Assembly (NCBI GenBank): GCA_003697105.1
Contig: RFFQ01000105.1
Span: 1 to 32,279, forward strand
DNA from: Gemmatimonadota bacterium
Lineage (GTDB): Bacteria; 4572-55; J002
Direction: 5' to 3'
DNA length: 32,279 nt
Positions 27,152-32,279 of the stretch are shown here, one piece after another. Both the position numbers and the translations under genes were made by a program. The notes beneath the pieces were generated by a model, which worked only from the letters and a program-made list of their open reading frames with translations, did no database searches and was not told the DNA's origin. How positions within the stretch are numbered: the first letter of the stretch is position 1; each line of letters begins with the position of its first letter.

Positions 27152-28045
27152 TTATGGGTCAGGTTTTGATACCAGTGCTTTCCAGCAGGCACGTGCTTCA
27201 CCAAGTATCCATGCGGCTTGTCCGGTAAACTGTACCGGCAGTGTCCACAAAAATCGCCCCATCCAACCACTTTTCACGGTAATAAGCCCGGTTTGTATGA
27301 GCACGTAAAAAGGAAGCAACGGTGAGATTATCAGGTAAAGCACCATTTTTGAGCGTGACCAGCCATAGAATTTGATCCGTTCGCGTAGAAATTCCTGGCC
27401 TCGTATCCAGCGTTCTTGCCAAAGTGATGTCAGATTGCCTTCGTGCCGGTGATAGACAACGGCGCGTGGTTCAAAATAAGGTGGAAATCCCTGCTGGGTG
27501 GCGCGCCAGCTTTGCAACGCATCGCCGGCAAAAATCGACCCGTCGAAGGCACCGAGTTGATCCCACACGCTACGCGAATAGGCGGCATTAGCAGTCGGAG
27601 CAATCGACAGTTTGCCCGCCGGCAAGCCGGGTAATGCCCCAAAAAACTTGCAGAGATGCACACCGTTTTCAAACCAGCTCTTGGTCTGATGACCCATCGC
27701 CACCACAATCACCTGATGACCGTTTTGATAGGCACAGACAAGGCACGTGAGCCAATCCGGGGGATAAGTACAATCCGGATCCGTGAAAACGAGCAGTTCC
27801 CCTTGTGCATGTTCAACTCCGCGATTCCGGGCATCGTGGGGAAAGAGGCGCGTTTTGCTCTGGATAAACGTTACTTCGGGAAATTGTCCGGTGACAATCT
27901 GTGCCGTCCATTCTTCCGGGGAACTGTTGACCACGATCACCTCGAAATCCATAAATTCCTGTTGTTGCAACGATGACAGGCAATCCACAATGGTGTTATT
28001 GGAAAAATAGGCAGGGATAATCACCGAAACGAACGGTTTTTTCAT
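27152..28045 (-). CDS. Glycosyltransferase family 2 (GT-A)
   Basis: VSVIIPAY, FEVIVVN, ARNRGV..AQGELLVFTDPDC (DxD motif). Confidence 0.92.
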   Translation of the reverse strand: MKKPFVSVIIPAYFSNNTIVDCLSSLQQQEFMDFEVIVVNSSPEEWTAQIVTGQFPEVTFIQSKTRLFPHDARNRGVEHAQGELLVFTDPDCTYPPDWLTCLVCAYQNGHQVIVVAMGHQTKSWFENGVHLCKFFGALPGLPAGKLSIAPTANAAYSRSVWDQLGAFDGSIFAGDALQSWRATQQGFPPYFEPRAVVYHRHEGNLTSLWQERWIRGQEFLRERIKFYGWSRSKMVLYLIISPLLPFYVLIQTGLITVKSGWMGRFLWTLPVQFTGQAAWILGEARACWKALVSKPDP

Positions 28046-29004
28046 TGATTGTTTACCTTTGCGCGGGGAGCATTCAGATCATATCGATTTAAGGCATGTT
28101 CCGCAATCAAAAATTTGTGAATATACCCTATCGCCTCACCCAGCGCACAGACGACAACGTCGATCAGAATTGGGGGTAAGGCGAGCAGACTTTTCCATTG
28201 AAGATCGGGACGATTTCGAAACCCTGAAAATAACCGCCATAAGCGCAGAGCGGGCGCTAACGTCATCACCCCAATACAATATCCCACCCGTTTCAGCTCC
28301 GACAACTGCTTTTGCTTCACTCGATTAACGGCTAAAATATTATGCGCAAAAAAGTGGCATTTCAACATTTCCCATAGATTCTCAAAATTTTCATGGGTGA
28401 CTTCAGCGCGGTCGTCCTGATACATCAACAACCCCTGTTGGTTGCAATATTCCTGCAAGATGAAATCCGGGAAGGGAAGTTGTCCTATCTCCCGTTCGTA
28501 ATCTACTAAAAACGGTCGTTTGTACGAAATATTAAGACTTGCTGTGAGGGTCGTGAGTCCGGCTTTGATAGGCGCACTAAATATTCCGTAATCCGTCAGA
28601 AATTCGGCATAAGCAAAGTAATTTTCAGGGTTGGCACAGTGAAATACATAATTCACCATGACCCACTCTCCGGCTCGATGGGCATCGAGGAGCGCTTCCG
28701 CCCAATGGAGGGACGGGTAGCAATGATCCTCGATAAAAGCGACAACTTCACCCTGCGCAATCCGAAACCCCAAAATTCGAGCCTCCTGAAGCGGCATCTG
28801 TGGTGATTCCCGCCGGTAGCGAATCGGTTGATCTTCAGGTCTGTTCAGTTCCGGTTTGGAGGGCTCTGCCAGATCGACCACGATAATTTCCATCCGGTTG
28901 ATGGCGGTTTGCCGGAGGAGCTGATCCAGCACACGCTGCCCCCGTTGGCGAAGGTCTCCGACGACGATGATCGCGGATAATTCAAGTCGGTGTTGATGTT
29001 TCAT
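28042..29004 (-). CDS. Glycosyltransferase family 2 (EDH variant)
   Basis: LSAIIVV, MEIIVVD, R..G...AQGEVVAFIEDHC...WAEAL. Confidence 0.85.
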   Translation of the reverse strand: MKHQHRLELSAIIVVGDLRQRGQRVLDQLLRQTAINRMEIIVVDLAEPSKPELNRPEDQPIRYRRESPQMPLQEARILGFRIAQGEVVAFIEDHCYPSLHWAEALLDAHRAGEWVMVNYVFHCANPENYFAYAEFLTDYGIFSAPIKAGLTTLTASLNISYKRPFLVDYEREIGQLPFPDFILQEYCNQQGLLMYQDDRAEVTHENFENLWEMLKCHFFAHNILAVNRVKQKQLSELKRVGYCIGVMTLAPALRLWRLFSGFRNRPDLQWKSLLALPPILIDVVVCALGEAIGYIHKFLIAEHALNRYDLNAPRAKVNNQ

Positions 29005-29008
29005 CGAT

Positions 29009-29968
29009 TCACTTTTTGTCTTTGAGGCGAGGGGTTGAGAGTTCCCAGCGCGTACACCACGTGCTGGCGGATGGCAACCGGTAGATATAACCTAGCGATT
29101 CTCCCCAAGCGGCAATGATATAATCGGTCAGGATCACTGGGAGGGCGGTAAAAAAGTTACCCCATCCCAAGCGCCGACGATGGACAAAAGCCATGAGGCG
29201 TATCAATTTAAGTATCGGTGCGCCGGGGATAACGGCAATGCTGTAAAATAGGCGTCGGGGGAGGCTCCATTGCCACAACTTTGTCCGGTTTGACGCAATA
29301 AGGTGACAGACAATAAAATGGATTTTGACCATATTCGGAAGGTCAATAAAATTATCGTGGCTGGCTTCCGCACGTCCTTCCAAATAAACAGGAATGTCCT
29401 CATGGGCACAATATTCCTGATAGATTACTTCCGGGAAGGGAAGGTCACCATATCGCTGTTCAAAATCAAGTAAAAACTGCTTTTTGAAGGCAATATTGTT
29501 GCACGGTACTCCGGATTGAATCCCTGACGCTGTTGGTGCTTTCGCCATCGCAAAATCAAAAAAGAACGCTTGCCGACTAAGCCAATATTGAGTATTGGCA
29601 TTGTGAAAGGCAAAACCAATGATTGACCAATTGCCAGTCTGATAGGCATCGATCACCGCTTCCGCCCAATTCGGTGATACATAGCAATGATCTTCTACAA
29701 ATGCCACCAAATCACTTTTTGCCAGATGCACTCCCAGCCTTTTCGCGGATGCAAGTGTGAGGTCAGTTGATTCGCGGTGGTAAATTACGCGATCCGGTCG
29801 GCAAATCTGAAGTGGTGCTTCTTCCGGTGGAGCCAGGTCGATGATTATTATTTCTATCGGATCGGTTGTGGTTTGATCTTCCAATGCCCGGATCGACTTC
29901 TGAGCGCGATCTCGTAATTCTCCAATGATCACGATCACCGACAATTTAGGTTTAGGGATTTCCGACAC
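29009..29968 (-). CDS. Glycosyltransferase family 2 (EDH variant), paralog of 28042..29004
   Basis: GTG start; LSVIVII, IEIIIID, AKSDLVAFVEDHC...WAEAV. Confidence 0.85.
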   Translation of the reverse strand: MSEIPKPKLSVIVIIGELRDRAQKSIRALEDQTTTDPIEIIIIDLAPPEEAPLQICRPDRVIYHRESTDLTLASAKRLGVHLAKSDLVAFVEDHCYVSPNWAEAVIDAYQTGNWSIIGFAFHNANTQYWLSRQAFFFDFAMAKAPTASGIQSGVPCNNIAFKKQFLLDFEQRYGDLPFPEVIYQEYCAHEDIPVYLEGRAEASHDNFIDLPNMVKIHFIVCHLIASNRTKLWQWSLPRRLFYSIAVIPGAPILKLIRLMAFVHRRRLGWGNFFTALPVILTDYIIAAWGESLGYIYRLPSASTWCTRWELSTPRLKDKK

Positions 29969-29972
29969 GCTG

Positions 29973-30859
29973 TCATTCCTCCGAAAATATTGACCAGTGG
30001 CTCAGGTCTAAGCCCGTTAATTGTTGAAATTGAATTAAATCGTCTCGATAATAATCGATTAATCGCTGTCGCAGACCATCAGTGATTGCTTGTTTTTTTA
30101 TTTTTTTAGACACGGGTAGATAAAGGATTTTACCCACCTCTCGCCGGAAATCTTCTGACGGAAAAAGACGCAAGGCGATATCCGAATTGCCGATTTTTTC
30201 GAGCTTTACGCCAAGCCGATTCTTCCGGCGTTTATCCTGACGTTGGTACCGCAATTGCCAAAAGTGAGGCGATTTAAACGTGGGATCAACACCCAAAAAC
30301 ATAAATATTTTTTGCAATGTTTCCAGCCGCTGGTGGTAGAGATCATCCGATTTCAGGATCAACATCTGCGATCGATCAAAATGATCCAGATAGGCGCTGA
30401 TCTGCCAAAAATAGCGGGCACGGGAAAGGCAACCTCTGGCATCATCACCGTCCAAGGCACGGAGTATCCATTCATTCAAAGGCAGGTTTGCCCGATTGTG
30501 TGTTTGTTCCTCGTAATATTGGGAGACCAGTCGTGGCAAGGGGTCGCGCACAAGGTAGATTAGCTTGGCATCCGGAATCACCTGCGCGATCCGTTCTGCT
30601 ACACCGGAAAATAACGTGCGGTTACTGTACGCCGGGGAAGATTCACCGTAGATTTTAGCGTTGCTGGTAAAGTGCGATTTGTACCATTTTAACCCCCGAT
30701 TCCAGTTTAGCTCTTTGACAAAAAAGCGGAGTTCCTTGCGCACTGACATCTGGATTTCTGGGTGCTGGCTAAGGTAGTAATACGGGCGGTGGTGCCGCAT
30801 TTTGCCGCCCCGATGATAATCATGTTGGGTAAGTGTCCGTTTTTTTTTCGGAAGATCAT
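29973..30859 (-). pseudogene. Sulfotransferase (heparan-sulfate 3-O-sulfotransferase-like domain) with a 1-nt frameshift
   Basis: ATG 30859 reads MIFRKKNGHLPNMIIIGAAKCGTTA (PAPS 5'-PSB loop) and hits TAA at 30707. The rest (YYYLSQHPEI...KELRFF...GESSPAY...KLIYLVRDP) is in another frame. Total length is 887 nt, one short of a codon multiple; junction ACC GCC CG TAT at 30783-30784. Confidence 0.85.
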
Positions 30860-30861
30860 TT

Positions 30862-31878
30862 TTAGTGAAGTTTTGCTTTTAAGTTGGCATAGCGGATCAT
30901 CAAGTGGCTAGGTACCCATTGATGTTTGCAAGTTCTATTCAGACTTTCAAATAGTTTAGTTAGGATGTGGCTTGCCTTCCATGCCAACCGCTGGGTCGAG
31001 GAAATAGGGCGGGTTACACCTTCAATTTCATAGCCGAGCGCGTCCAATTCCGCTTGGGCAACCGACTCAAACAGAATCCGATCCGTCCGGCTCATCTTGG
31101 TTTTCCATTTAAGCGCATTTTGAGAGATGACAGTCTGCTCTGCTACCCGAGGATTCCTACGGGGCTTGAAAAGTCCCGGTGTGTTGTCATAGGGACTGCG
31201 CGTTGGGGTTGTAACCGCATCATTGTAAGGCTCATCTACAAAATCGCAGATGGTTTTCATGATACCCGATACATCCGTGATCAGGTCTTCGTAACGCACC
31301 TGCATATAAGTGCTTGAAGGCAAGGTTTGGCGGGCGTACTCTCCGGCGCGGATAGTCTCTCGCCACAGGAGGGCGGCGGTATAGAGATTACCCAGGGCGG
31401 CGGTATAGAGATTACCCGGACCGGCATGGAACGGTAGCCACGAAAGTGCCACATCGCGCCCGTCACGGTAGATATGGATAACCTTTGCCTGCGGGAAAAT
31501 TTCAACCAGTGTGGGAATGTGCATCACATTCATTGGGGTTTTATCCCCCCAACGGATTTTGCCACGATGAGCCGCAAATGCTCCGTATAACCGGTCGATC
31601 ATCTCGGCAAACCGGCGATCCTCGCGAAAATCTGCCGGGTCAAGGTCTAATTCCCAGCATTTGACCCAGAACAAGTTCAAGATTCGGTTTGCCAGCCGTT
31701 CGGCGTCTGTAGCATCTTTCGGATCACCGAATGCGCGGTAAAATTGGGGGATAAAATTTGATTCCGTAGGAAACGCCAAATGGGGGTGCGATTGGAGTAG
31801 ATCGCGCAACAATGTCGTGCCACTCCGCGGGCAACCAACAATAAAAATGGGGCAGTTTACTTTTTTGGAAAGTGCCAA
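30862..31878 (-). CDS. Sulfotransferase (Sulfotransfer_3-like)
   Basis: IFIVGCPRSGTTLL, WGDKTP, IHIYRDGRDVALS, VRYEDL; TTG start, exact start uncertain. Confidence 0.9.
   Translation of the reverse strand: MALSKKVNCPIFIVGCPRSGTTLLRDLLQSHPHLAFPTESNFIPQFYRAFGDPKDATDAERLANRILNLFWVKCWELDLDPADFREDRRFAEMIDRLYGAFAAHRGKIRWGDKTPMNVMHIPTLVEIFPQAKVIHIYRDGRDVALSWLPFHAGPGNLYTAALGNLYTAALLWRETIRAGEYARQTLPSSTYMQVRYEDLITDVSGIMKTICDFVDEPYNDAVTTPTRSPYDNTPGLFKPRRNPRVAEQTVISQNALKWKTKMSRTDRILFESVAQAELDALGYEIEGVTRPISSTQRLAWKASHILTKLFESLNRTCKHQWVPSHLMIRYANLKAKLH
31370..31417. repeat. Perfect 24-bp tandem duplication (GNLYTAAL x2)
   Basis: agggcggcggtatagagattaccc at 31370-31393 and again at 31394-31417. Confidence 0.97.
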
Positions 31879-32181
31879 TTAATAATTTCTCCGTTGATCT
31901 GAAGTGTATCATCATGAATTGTGATGGCAAACGGTTCTCCTGTTAGATTATCCAGCGGTATGTGTTTCATCCCAAGATGGTAACGTAATGCCAGTACGGC
32001 TGATTTTGCCGTTTCTTTGTGCTGGATCAATGGTGTCAGATGGGGGAGACGGCTCCTTAGCAAGCGATAACCCACCGGATTTTCCAACCGCCGTGCCGCG
32101 GCATTCGTTAATTGGCGGTAGTGTTGTTCTAAAATTGTTCGGGCGGATGCCGTTTGATAGCTGGGTCGGCGAACAACCTCA
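31857..32181 (-). pseudogene. 3' remnant of a gene interrupted by the IS5 element
   Basis: Open frame EVVRRPSYQ...NWHFPKK* runs from the IS end to overlap the sulfotransferase start. The ORF-track start (32204) lies inside the IS. Confidence 0.55.
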
Positions 32182-32279
32182 GAACCTGTTTTAAAACTAG
32201 GCAATTTTCTTCAGCATTGGTCTGATCATGCTGATATAAATCATGTTTTCCGTTGTTTTGGGGTCTCGCTCGTAGTCCA
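32182..32279 (-). mobile_element. Right end of an IS5-family insertion sequence (IS1031-like group)
   Basis: The transposase stop is followed directly by TTTTAAAACAGGTTC (plus strand GAACCTGTTTTAAAA, 32182-32196), a terminal-IR-like sequence, and then a TNA target triplet (TCA, 32179-32181). Confidence 0.82.
32197..32279 (-). CDS. IS5-family transposase, C-terminal 26 aa (partial)
   Basis: DYERDPKTTENMIYISMIRPMLKKIA*, matching the IS5-type tail KDYE...SEAMIY.AMI.LML.RLA. Confidence 0.85.
   Translation of the reverse strand, partial: DYERDPKTTENMIYISMIRPMLKKIA

Noticed and set aside
30840-30848. A9 tract as a phase-variation switch explaining the sulfotransferase frameshift
   Set aside because: The tract lies upstream of the PAPS loop and is already in frame with it. 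Slippage there would put the loop out of frame and could not repair the lesion at 30783.
31857-32204. 115-aa ORF as an intact gene
   Set aside because: Its start and first codons (MPSFKTGS) come from the transposase end and the IS inverted repeat.

Overview
Bacterial genomic window, probably from an FCB-group diderm such as a KSB1/Calditrichota-like lineage. This is inferred from kdsC, a Big_5 lipoprotein and a FlgD-Ig/T9SS-type-A-like C-terminal domain. (1) At 1-3165 on the minus strand is a >1055-aa ORF missed by the ORF track because it runs off the window. It carries six tandem HPt-like domains, only one with the phospho-acceptor His, followed by acidic LEDEF repeats (CheA/ChpA-like). (2) 3.5-17.3 kb holds core or housekeeping genes: NIF3, tricorn-type S41 peptidase, cupin, a lipoprotein version of DUF255/YyaL, rarA, kdsC, an MFS transporter, an LHPP-like HAD, STAS, an Ig-like lipoprotein and PTS IIA. 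(3) A ~1756-aa acidic secreted modular protein ([ASH-OB-OB-ASH-LTD]x2, dockerin-like repeat, sorting domain) has no recognisable catalytic domain. It sits behind a ~270-nt leader containing a 30-codon uORF and a terminator-like hairpin. (4) An MFS plus ANKH/MATE-like transporter pair follows. (5) A sulfotransferase/glycosyltransferase cluster shows three separate lesions: an IS5-family insertion at the right edge, a perfect 24-bp in-frame duplication and a 1-nt frameshift. No rRNA, tRNA or CRISPR array was seen. Family assignments are from motif recognition by eye, not database searches.
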